Shown here one piece after another: positions 10,885-24,068 of a stretch of DNA of 64,000 bases (positions are counted from its first letter, which is position 1; each line of letters opens with the position of its first letter). Source of the stretch: Chrysomallon squamiferum (lineage: Eukaryota; Animalia; Mollusca). The notes beneath the pieces were generated by a model. It was not told the origin of the DNA and searched no databases. It worked only from the letters and a program-made list of their open reading frames with translations. The position numbers were made by a program, and so were the translations under genes. The DNA lies in NCBI GenBank assembly GCA_012295275.1, contig CM022666.1, positions 6,572,001 through 6,636,000 on the forward strand, in the 5' to 3' direction.

Positions 10885-11310
10885 TATATTGTAAATAGAA
10901 GAGAGCCAAGCGTCAAATTGTTTTGTTACAAAGTTTTGAATGAAACCACATTTTATTTAGCTTGGGATTATATTTTGTATCGGATGAATCTCTAGTTAAA
11001 CGTCTATGTACTGATTCCTATGAATTAAATTGATTTATTATGTTAGCCATCTACACATTTTTATTTATTTATCATAAAATATAATAATAAGGAAAAAAAA
11101 GAAGATTAAGAGAAAGTAGAAAAAAGGAAAAAGAAAAAAAGAAAAAAGAAAATAAAAGAAATAAAAGATCGATAATAGGTAATAAACCCGTCAACTGTTT
11201 CATCTGAGATTAATTCACCTCATAAAATAGTTTTTATCGTCACTGGATAAAGCTTGTGACAGTCACAAATACATTGTCGTTTAATATTTTATAAATTTAT
11301 TAGAAGCAGC

Positions 11311-11446
11311 TATGGAATAAAAATGCTTAAATCGTTATTTCATCGTGTAATTATAAATATTTAATGCAGAAGTATGGAATAAAAATGCTTAAATCGTTAT
11401 TTCATCGTGTAATTATAAATATTTAATGCAGAAGTATGGAATAAAA
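11311..11446. repeat. 62-bp tandem duplication (2.2 copies)
   Basis: Identical units beginning TATGGAATAAAAATGCTTAAATCG at 11311 and 11373, with a partial third at 11435. Confidence 0.92.
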
Positions 11447-11539
11447 TAAGATCTAAATGTAGGTATGTGTATATATAATCTTTTTAAATGCCAGTGTAAC
11501 GTTCACTGTAAATATTTAGTGAATTCTCGTTAAAATGTA

Positions 11540-11586
<47 letters not shown>

Positions 11587-11650
11587 CAGTGAATTATTCT
11601 TATTTATTTGAATTCATTAAATAATTAACTTATTATTATTATTATTTTTA

Positions 11651-11710
<60 letters not shown>

Positions 11711-12501
11711 TTTTTGGCCATTATGTATATTTTTTGTTATGTTAATAACAGAACTTATTTAGTCTTGAAATTTATACATCCCATAATAAAGACGTCGGAT
11801 TTTTTAATCCCGTGTTGGAATGAACTCTATTTTAATTAATTCAGTGCCAAAATATCCGTGTCACATTACAAGTAGTCCAATATACTTCAAGTAGGTCATT
11901 TGTCATCGTGCATGAATAGTTAGTTGTATTACCACAACGCCAACGAATATTTCGAGTAGTTTATTCCATTTGTACATTAATTTATACAGTTCATAATTAA
12001 AGAACAATACAGAAAATAAATACATTATCAGGACATAACACTTCACAAACCACAAAGTAATGAAATAAATACACAATAACAAACGATTTCAGACCGCCAT
12101 GATTTTAGTCTCGATTGACCGAATCTCGTGTTTTTATTATATTTCAGGTTAGGAAAAAAAAAAAAAAAAATAATAATAAAGGCTAAACAAGATTATTTGT
12201 CCTCAGTTCAGAAAAATTGTTTTCAAATATAAAAACATTTTTTATTCGTTTGTTTGATTCTGTTAAAATTATTTAGAAATAAAATAATGTCCAGATTTTA
12301 TTTATTTTAAACAGATAACGTGTTCAGATAAATAGCATCTATCGCATTTTTCGATAAAACATCTTAAACGGACATATCACAGCTTTCCATTTAAATATTG
12401 CGCTAAATGCAGCAGGTATTTAAAGAGTATTGAAATAAAAAATATAAAATAAATAAATAAATAAATGTTTGAATGAGGGAATGAATGAATGAATGAATGA
12501 A

Positions 12502-12566
<65 letters not shown>

Positions 12567-12768
12567 TTAAAAGGGAGGTAATGCCAATTCAGCTTATCTT
12601 AACAATACTGAAGTATTACATCCGCTTGTCCTTAAGAAGTAATAATTAGTTACTAGTTTCGAATATCAAATACCAAAGTATGTATAGTTTTGTAACATAT
12701 ATATATGCTTATTTTTTTCCCCTTTCTTAGATTTGTAATTAATGGTCCTTTTTTTCATTTTAGATATT

Positions 12769-12809
<41 letters not shown>

Positions 12810-13881
12810 TATATATATAGTTATATACTGCACTTAATGAAAATATTATACGAGAAGGAAGATTCTGCTACGTTACCTTACTATGACGTAGATTTTCGTT
12901 TCCCACGTCATATATTAATGACGTTGGTCTTCTGTGTTCTAGCTAGCATTTCACAGAAACATTACGTCACAAACAAATTACACAACGAAATATTAAATAT
13001 ATGATTTATATATACAAATACTAAACAGCTACGGTATTATTCCACATAGTACAGTAAAATACAACAGTATAATAAACAGTCCTGCTACTGACAAACGTTG
13101 AACACTTTTTCTAAAGAAAATATTTATTTTTTGCAGTTCTGATGTCACGGACAAAATATGTTGGTGAGAATCTGTTAACTTCATGTTTTCTTCGCTTTTT
13201 TATTTCATGCTGAATAAAACTAATTGTAGAATGGCCTTCGTACGACTGAAATAATTCATTGGTAAAACTTCCTTTATACTGAGATTACGTCATACAGGTC
13301 ACGAGGTTGCTTTTTCCTTAAAGAAAAATATGTCACATGATTTTTATTGGAGCACGTTTTTTCACTATTTGTCAATCTGTGGGAACATCGTTTGACATTT
13401 AAAATATTAGTTACAGCCATAATTTACATCATTTCCACTCTGAAATATCCGAGATGCATTTCATAAAATAAGTAAAACAAAAAAATCACAAAAGTATCTG
13501 AACACGGAAAACCTGTACAGATCTTGTGGCAAATACGTATCTGCACATGAAAAATCTGTACAGGCCTGGTGGCAAATACATTTAAGATAATGTCCGTGAT
13601 GCACTAAAGATGTCATATGAGAAATATCTGAACAGTAAAATAGCCACAGTATATAACATTGTGCAGATTATCCCTAACACATAAGTAGAGCTCAAAACAT
13701 GAGACATTCGTAATATCAACATTGTAGGATAATTGCAAATCATTACGAGACAGTATGTGAGACAAAATGTGTGTCTTCCATAAAAGGATTCAGATTCGTA
13801 AGATCCGCTAACTTCTAAATCGTACCATAACTGAAACGCCGTTTATACCTGAAATTGTTTTCTTAACATAACCCTGATTTG

Positions 13882-14837
13882 TCAGACGAAGAAACTTTGC
13901 TGTTGGACTTTATTCTTAATCGGCTTTGGAGGAACTGGCGGAGGTATTTTCAGAATGGTCGAAGAAACCACTGGAGACATTTTGTCAAAGTTTGATGTCG
14001 TCTGATTGCCGACGACTTCAAGCAACACTGAATTTCCATCGTGGTCCGTCGTCTGCCATCTGTTGTCAGATATGGGTTTACAGATGTTTGGAAACAGTGG
14101 AACAAGATGGCCGACGTCTGAGACCTTAAACTGCAGCGTAACAGAGTCGAGGAGTTTCGGTTTGTTCCCGTTGGGAAGTCTTTTTAAAGCAAATTGAACG
14201 TCATAGTGGATTTGTGAATGCACAACGAACATGCAGAAATCTGGTCTCTTCAGATCCGCGTCGATACCCAGAATTAACTTATAGAATTCCAAAGTGTCGT
14301 CCCAGTTCTCCGCACTGGCGTATACCACAATTCTTATATGTTCCTTCCCATAATGCACTTGTCTAACCGCCCACAGCGGAAGATCCTCCGACGTGTAATA
14401 AAACTCCTGAGAATTGTACGGGTACGGATTGAGTGTGCCGTTTTTCAAATGTTCCGAATGGTGAAACTTCCACGGACATTTCTCGAAATGATGCCTGGCC
14501 GCCTGGATTCGCTCGCAGCCGAGCATCCCTTCTTCGTGGAGGAAAACAATCACAGCAATGCTGGGAATAACGTCCGGGTTGGTGATTCCACTTCGGTCGC
14601 GCTCGCATCCCGACTCTCTCTCGATGATCTTGAAGAGATGCATGTCGGGATCGATCCAGTTGATGACGGGTTGGAACATGTCGTACAGCGGCAGGATCTC
14701 GTGGGTGTCTGCGAAGAACTGGATGGAGATTCTGTTGGGGTCGTTCTGCGACAAGGAGTCGGTGTCTGATCCTGACAGGCTGGCGTTCTCGCTCTCCGTC
14801 TCAGATCTCGTGGAACTCATGGAGGAGATGCTGCTGC
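13882..14837 (-). CDS. FAM124: FAM124-family protein, main coding exon
   Basis: The 312-aa ORF has family motifs PSIAVIVFLHEE, PWKFHHSE, PLWAVRQVHYGKEHIR, EFYKLILG and WQTTDHDGN, and ends FFV. The ttttcatttacag acceptor at 14840-14838 extends the frame upstream of the ORF Met (xSSISSM). Confidence 0.92.
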
Positions 14838-15804
14838 CTGTAAATGAAAAACAAAATACGTGAATAAATAATGAAACTATTTTTTTTTTTTTTTTTAAAG
14901 AGAATTTTCCTAATCAAGCAAGTATGCTTGCGCTGATTTCAGTTAGAAAAGGACTTTCTTCTTATTCTTCTTTTTTTTTAAAATTCTAATTTTATCATGA
15001 AAATTAAAGTAGCAAGAGGATTATTTATCCGACAAGGTTTGGAAAGGAGATGATCAGGATTTCTGAATTCTCTGGCATTCCGAACCGAAGTTTTTAATGC
15101 ACACTTAAAATATAAAACAAATAGTAAAGAAAAAACTGTAATTAACATATACAAACTAATACACTTGTAAAACAGTTCTGTGGAAGCCTTGGTAAACAGT
15201 CTGGTACCTGAACAGTCATGAACATATATAATATTTCATTTGCTTGTTAATTCATAGTCAGCTAACAGAATATGAAAGATATGAATATGAAACAATATCA
15301 AAGATGTGTAGATTATGAGTTATTTTATATATTTATTATTGTCTTTTTATACAGTTTATACACTGATATAAATAATAAAGAGATTAAAATATCCTAATCA
15401 GTTTACTCTGAAGATAATAATAACTAATAAATAATAATAATAATAATAATAAATAATAATAATAATAATAATAAATAAATAATAATAATAATAAAATAAA
15501 TAAAATAAACAAATAAATAAATGAAAATAAAAATAACAGTAAACTAAAGAAATGGTGTTTATTTATGTATTCAAAACATTTTAGCATTTTAAGGGAAAAT
15601 TATTTCAAAATGACTAATAGATTCCATTCAATCAACAAACAAAAAATATAAAAGAAAAAATTATACAAGCTTTCATCTTCTAATCACAGATGTAAAACAT
15701 ATGTGACAAATTAAACCAAATATCTGTCTGTATTCTCTCCACTTAAAACAATTAAACAATCTACACTGTATTTAGACACGTAGTTTCAGAAAACAATATC
15801 TTAC

Positions 15805-16010
15805 TTTTTCTTGCGGTAAGTCTGAGGAACTATTTTCAATTTAGAAACATGACTGTCTTTGTTAATTTTTGTTAACCGGGCATTGTAAATGTGTTTATTA
15901 AAGATTACGAGGAAGGCCAAATAAAAATGTACAGAGTAATGAAGAAACAAAGAGTCCATTTACAACCACTTTGCGAAAAATAACTGTAAGATAATGGAGT
16001 CGCCTTTATA
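15805..16010 (-). promoter_or_regulatory. Candidate alternative proximal promoter and non-coding first exon of FAM124
   Basis: TATAAAG from 16010, CAGTT at about 15985, and a gtaaga donor at 15804. Confidence 0.3.
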
Positions 16011-16272
16011 GGTGGGCCATTCATGTATTTCTGAAAGCAGTTTGTAATGTTTAATTTTGAGGCAGTTAAAACGAAATTAAAGAAATGAAATGTTTTGCAG
16101 ATGTTGTTTATACGTTTTTGTGAGATCGAGTTATTATCAATTGAAGGAAATAAACGTGGTTGTGTGTGTGTGTATTAGTTATCAAAACTGATTTCCCTTT
16201 AAACTGAATCTTTGTTGAATGTACTCGAATTTTCTTGACTTACTTAAGAAGGTCTTCTACAACACTAGAGGT

Positions 16273-16304
<32 letters not shown>

Positions 16305-16371
16305 CGAAAATATCTTTCACTGAATTCTTCTGTATAAAATTCGTTAAAACAACAAAAGTACAACCTTTAAT

Positions 16372-16442
<71 letters not shown>

Positions 16443-17357
16443 ATGCACGCATTAAGTATATATATATATAGGTATTCTGAGAGCTTCAGAAGATTCAATA
16501 AAATATTCTAATGACGTGACGTTCAACCTAGTGGGTCCTGGCTAACTAATGGTGGAATCATGTTACAGTAAACATGCTTCAGTTGTTATACTCGAATCAT
16601 TTAAACGAGGTGCGTGACTGAGTGTATGCTAGAGTGTCCAGCGCTGACCACAAGCTTGTCGATCTTCAAATAAAACCTGGCGGGCAGTGGAACGGTCAAC
16701 ATGGTCACAATAAGATTCACCAAAAGTGAAAACAAAAATCCATAGTGTGATTAAAGTTTGTTCAATATCGGTCCTTTGGTGGAAGAACAATTTCGTGTCT
16801 TTTTTGTTCAAATAAAAAGTAAATAAATATATATTTTTTTGCAGACAAAGAGAGAAAGGGAGAAAAAAGAAAAACTAATATGATGAGGAAGAAAGAAAAA
16901 AATGAAGATGAAGATAAATAAATAAAAATAATGAAAAAACAAGAAACACAAAATAAATAAAAGAAGAATAAATTTTATTTCTGTTCTCTATAACATATTA
17001 ATATGGACTGAAAAAAATCATATGTACGCGTGTACTCACGCGTGCGGGTTTAGTATTTATGTGTGTGTGTGTGTGTATGTGTGTCTGTGTGTGCATGTGT
17101 GTGTGTTATAATTATGTTCAGGTAAATATGGTTTAACAATCTACATCTACGCCTACATAATTTCTAATATCTATAAGACAACAATATCATTGGTACTTGA
17201 CAGGATATTTTGTGAGCTCAAAACAATTTTCCTGTTTAAAACAAATTACGTTGAATGACATTTATCCTCATCATACGTTCTGAGCTACCAAGTGCAAGAT
17301 TTTCTTATGCATGTTGATCAGCTTAGAAATAATACAGTAATATCTTACAGATTAACA

Positions 17358-17430
17358 CTGGTAGGTAGTGGTTTCGAATCCCAGCGTGGGCTCAAGTCCT
17401 AATCGATAACTGATGGGTGATTTTTAAGAG
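17358..17430 (+). mobile_element. tRNA-derived SINE head fragment
   Basis: CTGGTAGGTAGTGGTTTCGAATCCCAG contains a Pol III B-box-like motif; no cloverleaf can be folded. Confidence 0.45.
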
Positions 17431-17946
17431 TCGAAGATGAAACACAAATAAATGTATTCGTGCGTAGACAAACGTGTGAATGTATCTACTTAGGAATGAA
17501 TGTCCTCTGTCTTATGTACGTCTGAGTAGACTCTATACGTAGACAATATTCAAAACGCATTGACTACGGAACAAAGTCCATTCACGACTGATGAACCCGT
17601 CAGATGCCGCTGACGAGACTCGAACGTGTGGCATCCATTCGCGGATGACAATACCGCTCGGCTATCAAGACAACTGCATATGTATATGTATATTTGTATA
17701 AGGATATGCCAGTGTCCATGTTTTTGTATGTGCATGTGTTTGTGTTTGTGTTTGTTTCTGTATATGTATATGTATATGCCTGTATTAGTATATACTTATT
17801 TATATATAAATCTTAACAGGTATTAACTATGAACATAAAACTAGCGGACTTGGCAGTGTTTGTAATAAAGAAACAATGCAGTATTATGCAGGACACTGAC
17901 ACAGAATATTGTTTGCCAGAGAGGATTGCACTTGTAATACTCTTAA

Positions 17947-18177
17947 CAGGATCAGATACAAAGCCGTATTACACCCACCTCTGTATTGTATCACCAAGGT
18001 CAGGCTAGAATCAGTTACGTTATTTTAGGACAAAACTAGACAGTCCAAAACAAAATATTTTGTCTACACATTTAGAAATAATCCCGATATTTAGAGAAAT
18101 AGAAATGTTTTTTTATTATTATTTTTGTCTTGATCATCTTTTTCTTTTCTTTCTTTTTTTTCTAGTGGGTGGACAGT

Positions 18178-18232
<55 letters not shown>

Positions 18233-18350
18233 GAAACGACAGAAAAAAAGATAGACATTTACGCAGACAAACGAAGAGGTAGATCGACGAACAAATTAAA
18301 TGAAAAAAAAAAAAAAAAATCGGAGACAGAGAGAAAGAGAGAGACAGAGA
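17947..18350 (+). repeat. Dispersed ~400-bp repeat, copy 1
   Basis: Shares ACAAAGCCGTATTACACCCACCTCTGTATT..CAAGGTCAGGCTAGAATCAGTTA..GTAGATCGA with 25872-26330. Confidence 0.9.
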
Positions 18351-18706
18351 GACTCCGTTTTCATTTATTTGTTTTCTTAATTTTATTAAACTGTGTAATC
18401 GTTTCGGTTTGGTTATTACAAGACAATTTTGTTAATGTTTCAATTAAATAAAGGTATCAGATTTACTTGCATTTTCATTATCGGTTACCGTTCAGTTCGT
18501 TCAAAACTGCAATTAAATACAGAGACTCGAACTTGCTGCCATTGTTTCCCGCAGTTAAATAATCCCCATGCACATACAGACCTGCTGGAATTGGATAGAT
18601 AGTGCAGCAATCAAATGCATCTAATTTCCGTTTGCTTTTAAAACATTAATCAATGAATATGTTTTAAGGAAATTCTAATCTTTTTTTTTTTTACCTTTTT
18701 TTATTA

Positions 18707-18742
<36 letters not shown>

Positions 18743-18987
18743 TTATCGGTTACCAAATGATTTTGTGAGAAGTGTATTAAAGTGGAAACCTGATTCTAAT
18801 GGCTGTTAAAAAGCTTTTGTTTGCTATGTCTGTCTGTCTATGTGTCTGTTTATTTTCCTATCTGTCTATCTATCTATCTATATGTCTGTCTGTCTGTCTA
18901 TCTGGCTATCGATCTACCTATCTATCTACCTATCCATCTACATGTCTGAATGTATGTATTTCTATCTCTGTTATCCATCCTCGCGTC

Positions 18988-19034
<47 letters not shown>

Positions 19035-20409
19035 AAGGGTTTCAAGTAATTATATAAGAAAACACAAAAGAACTATTCGAATGCTTTTCTTCATTGTTTT
19101 CAAAAGAGGGGGCGGTTCCATCCTGTATTTACCCCCACATTGATTTCTGATCCTGATAAACCTCTAACACGACAAAGTCCTGAGACCTTTCAACAACATC
19201 TCTTGGTCTAATATCGAAGGCGTTTTGTCATCTCATAAGTATTGCTTGATTTCAGCAGTCATACTGCGAATGACAATTATCCGAATGAAAGCTTCTAAAC
19301 TGTTGAGAATCAATTATATCACACAAAGATGGTTAATATGCAGACAATGTGGTGCAGTTATCAAGGCCAAACTTGGTAGTTTTGATGTTTATGTACATTA
19401 TGTAGGCAAACCTGTGTATGAGAGCTATTCAAGCAAACAAGCAAAAGTGACTACCATATAATAAAATGTAGGTGAATTTTTGGTTAGTGTAGTGTGGCCC
19501 TGGAAGCAGGTTTTATCACACACAGACACACGCACATACATATATATACACATATATATATAGAAACAATCATACATACGACCTAACATACAATCCTACA
19601 TACATACATACATACATACGTACGTACATATATATACGTACATACAAACACACACACATATACATACATACTACATACATACATACATGCATACATACAT
19701 ACATATATACATATGTACGTATATAAGAATATTTGTCAGAACACTTTTTCTTCTATATCTGTTTTCTTTTTTCTTGATGACAAAACGATCAAAAGACAAT
19801 ATTTCCTTAGAAAATGAATTCTTATATAATAGAGGAACATTATAAAGAAAGATCTTGAACATTGATGCATCAGTTTGTGTATCTTTCTTAAAGCACGTCA
19901 TACAAATCATAAGCTCCACCCATTCTTAACACCTCATTTATATAAAGAGATATTATGTTTATTAAATATCCAACCACAAATACGTGGCCTGTTTACTTGG
20001 AGAATTGTCCGAAAATATTTTATGAATACTTAATGTCCAAGAATTTAATATGACCTAATGAAAGAGAATTCAGAACGACACTATTTTTTTTTTTTTTCTA
20101 AATTAAAAATAAATAAATAAAAATTACTAAATATTTGTCTTTCTTTGCTTTCATTTGGTTTTCTTTTATGTTTCTTCTTATTTTATTGTATTTTTTTTTT
20201 TTTTTACAAAACAGCTCCAATGTAGGTGTCTAAAATTATCAAGGAAAGTAACCGACTCTTTTGTTGTTGAAGTTTAAAAAAATGCATTATCAGCAAAGTA
20301 TATTGAAAATTTCCATTAAAAAAAAAAAAAAAAAATCGATTTAAAAAGAAAAGGAAATGTAAATAGTATATTCATCGGAAATAAATTCATTCAAATCTAG
20401 GTTACTCAC

Positions 20410-20434
20410 CTTTTTGCATTTTTGTGTCAACCAT
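20410..20434 (-). CDS. FAM124: Probable first coding exon of FAM124 (MVDTKMQK-G)
   Basis: AAG|gtgagt donor at 20409; phase 1 matches the 14837 acceptor, giving MVDTKMQKGSSISSMSS.. (326 aa). There is an in-frame TAA upstream, and the second ATG sits in a cacaaaaATG context. Confidence 0.65.
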
Positions 20435-20589
20435 CCAAACAACAGTAACCCATTATGAAGAAAAGAAAGAAGGAAAATTTCGACCGACAATTATAATAAT
20501 ATATACTGACGATGTATGACGTACTGTGCATGCTACAGATATGAAACACCTTACTAACAATGTGTACGGTCAGTAACAAAACTCTGCAA

Positions 20590-20622
20590 ATATACTGTAA
20601 CATGTTCTTACAGGTTTTTATA
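20590..20622 (-). promoter_or_regulatory. Candidate TATA promoter of FAM124
   Basis: TATAAAAA 20622-20615, with CAGT (Inr-like) at about 20596. Confidence 0.4.
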
Positions 20623-21763
20623 GGTATATGTTTTGTTGACATTGTTGATTACACTTCATCGCCTCAGACCTGACTGTGACAAAGGACAAATTTCTAACGC
20701 CGATATAACTTACGAAAACAGCGTGCTCACGTTAATTATATACCTTGTTAATCAAAGGTATACATGTGAAAGTAAGGAGGTGGTTTGGACAGGTGTTTTG
20801 AATGTTTGTTGTTGTTGTTGTTGTTGTTGTTGATTGTGGCGTTGTTGCAGTGGTTTTGTTAGTTGCTCCTTTTCTTTATAATAATAACAGTAATAGTGGT
20901 AGTAATAGAAGTAGTAGACGTTATGGTAGTTGCAGTAATAATGTAGTAGTACTAGTTGTAGTAGTTGTTGTAGTAGTAGTAGTAGTATCAGTGATAATGT
21001 TAGTTCTCTTGGCAAAAATACTGTAATAGTAACGGATGTAGTAATGGAAAGTTCATTTTTTGCTTTTATATCTTTTAAAAAGAATACAAATTTTAAGAAG
21101 AATAAATTAGAAAAGATATGTTTTTATTTTAATATATTTGAAAAGTTTTGATATTCGAAATGGCAGTCTAATACCTTCCCGTTTTTTTTAATTTCAACGC
21201 ATAGTAAATTTGACGTAAAATTGCAACGCAAATACTGAGGTCTCGACTTTTTCCGAAGTATTCGTTATACATTAGACGAACAGGTCCGAAATGTATCGAA
21301 TACTCAGTTCCTCGCATACAACAGATTATTTATGTAATTGACGAAAGGTTGCGAAATGTATCGATTACTCTTGACGGATTACGACTTCAGCCGTAGAAGG
21401 GATTGACGCAATAAAAAGTATCCCAAGTGTAAATTGAGACATCTAAATATCTTTTTCAAACAGTCTCCTCCTTATTCTAGGAAATGCAAGACACTTCTCT
21501 CAGGCAAATGCCGGACGAGGCAAGCAGAGACCAGGAAAATACTGCATTGAACTTGTTTTTATTGAGATCGCTAGGGTCTTAGTACTTGGGTGCAAACACG
21601 ACTTCTCCAGAGGTGCAAAACTGCATCTAAACACAACGAAGGCCAGTATTAAGCTCTGAAAAACATCAAGTTAAACTGCAGATGACGTCATGTCATGGTG
21701 GACAGCAGGCAAAGGAAGCTGATTTTTTTTCTTTTTTCTGATGTTTAATACATTATTTTTATT

Positions 21764-21796
<33 letters not shown>

Positions 21797-23959
21797 TTTT
21801 TTTTTTTTTTTTTTTATAAGCCAGTCATTTGCATTGTATAAGACGATAAATAAGTTGTCTTGATTACTGTAACTTGTAATCACATTACAAATCACTAAAA
21901 CGAAACTGTAACATTTCGTGGACACATGTATATTTACACATTTACATTCGAGAAAGATCGCTGGTTATCGGCTGCAGTCTAGTGTGTGACGTCAGATAAC
22001 AATCTCAACACCCAGTTTAGTTTTCTGTGATCACCACATCAAAAAAATATATTATTTTTCTTTCTGTTATTATTGATTTTTATCATTTACTCTACCCGAA
22101 AATAAACACGTTAATCACTGTTTTTTTTGAGTGAACTAAGTACTGCGATTATTTCCACCTGATTTTACGTATCAGACTACTACAGCGCCATCAAAGAAGT
22201 TTGATAAACTCTAACTGCAGTTAAGCAAACATGCTGGGACAGCAAAGAAGGATGAGCTCAATTTAACAATGCTAATAGGTTGTGAATAATTTTATTACAA
22301 GCGAGTCGAATAGGGCTGGACTAGCTGTCGCCAAACGGACAATATTGCTAATCAAAACAAAATACTGAATAGAAGTTCATCTGATAAGCATGCAGTTCAG
22401 ATAATAAACATTGTTGTCACATAGTATCACGTTCGAAGATCGATGCGTGACCGAAAGGATACAGGAAAAAAAAAAATTTCCTTGATTTTAAGATTAAAAA
22501 AACCCATTAATTTTTTACTACACCCCTTTAAAAACACGCACGCACACAGAGTATAATACATACATAAAACACTTTTTAAAAATAATAACGAAATTCCAAA
22601 CAGTTGAAAATCAAAAAAGAACGAAAACGATTACTTGTAATAGGTGATAAATCTTTTCTGATAATAAAGTATAACAATAACATAAAAACCACGAAAATAT
22701 CTTAACCATTCTACTTCTAATAGAGGTGGGGAAAAAAAAGAAAAAAAAAGAAAAAAAACAACAATAAACAACTTTTCCAGGAACTGAGTATTTCTTTTAT
22801 GCCAGATGTTTAAAATATCGACCTTTTTGCACCAAGATCGTTTCTGACAAGCCACGGTTTCAATCAACTCTGCTGTTTTCGATACACTTTCAAACCAATC
22901 AGCTTTTAATGTAAAGTGTATTAGCACTACGCTCGCAGCAAAGTCTTGCTATCAACAAACAACACTGCGGTACTCGTTAAAGAATGGAGGAAAACAAAAA
23001 CTGTTTCCTTTAACGCAAACAACAGACGGTATGCATAACAACGTGTCATCAGTCAGTTAATCGGCTTAACTTCCTTGATCTGTAGCAGTTTCAACAAATT
23101 AAAACAGTTTGTACAAACACTCTCTTTTCAACTCTGTGTGTCCGCGCAGGAAGGAAGTCAGTTTGTTGAGAACGAGACTACAAACAAAAAAACGACAATC
23201 GAGGTTTTTAAGAAAAAAGAAGTAAAACGTAAAGAAATAAAGAAGTAAAACTTTAAAACACTACCTTCAAAATAGAATCCAAATAAAAATCTAATTTGTT
23301 TGTTTGTTTTTTTTTTCAGTCGAGAAATATTTTAATTACTACATGATAATGATGATGTTGAATTATAATAATACTGATTTCTCTGTTTCTCTAGAACGTC
23401 CATGTCTCTTGGTTTCAATTCAGGGATCAAGCGCCACAAGTGTGAGGGTTCTTATTTCCCGTTCCACCCAGTGTTTCCCTCTGTATTATCAAAAATCATA
23501 ATTTATTTTTTATTTTTTATCTAAGGGAAGTACAAATTAAAGTAGCTTTGTTGATTACTGATAAAAGTTTGTGTCTGTGCGTGTATGTGTGTGTGTGTCT
23601 GTCTGTCTGTCTCTCTCTGTCTCTCATTATTAAATTATTATTATTATTTTATTGTTGTTGTTGTTGTTGTTTTCTCACGACGTAGTAATTTACGTTAAGA
23701 AATTATACTATGCTGATACAGAAATGCTAAAACCCTGTTTCTTGTTAATGTGAAATTTGTTCTGTCGTTACTGGCGCGTGATGAATTTGACCGGCATACT
23801 CCATGTTGTTTCGGAGAATTTCCAAAAGATTAAACAGCAAACAGCGAACACTGTTTATAAACGAAAATTCATTCTTTTTCACATCGCGTTGTAAGCAGGA
23901 ATCTGTAATGTTGGAGATGAAGGTTGCTGGGAACCAGTAGAGGGAACGAGTATAGATAG

Positions 23960-24068
<109 letters not shown>

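Noticed and set aside
13926-14863. Plus-strand and alternate-frame ORFs (up to 143 aa) overlapping FAM124
   Set aside because: Antisense or off-frame shadows of a GC-rich coding exon, with no independent motifs or splice signals.
17358-17400. tRNA gene suggested by TTCGAATCCC
   Set aside because: No acceptor, D or anticodon stems; treated as a SINE head relic.
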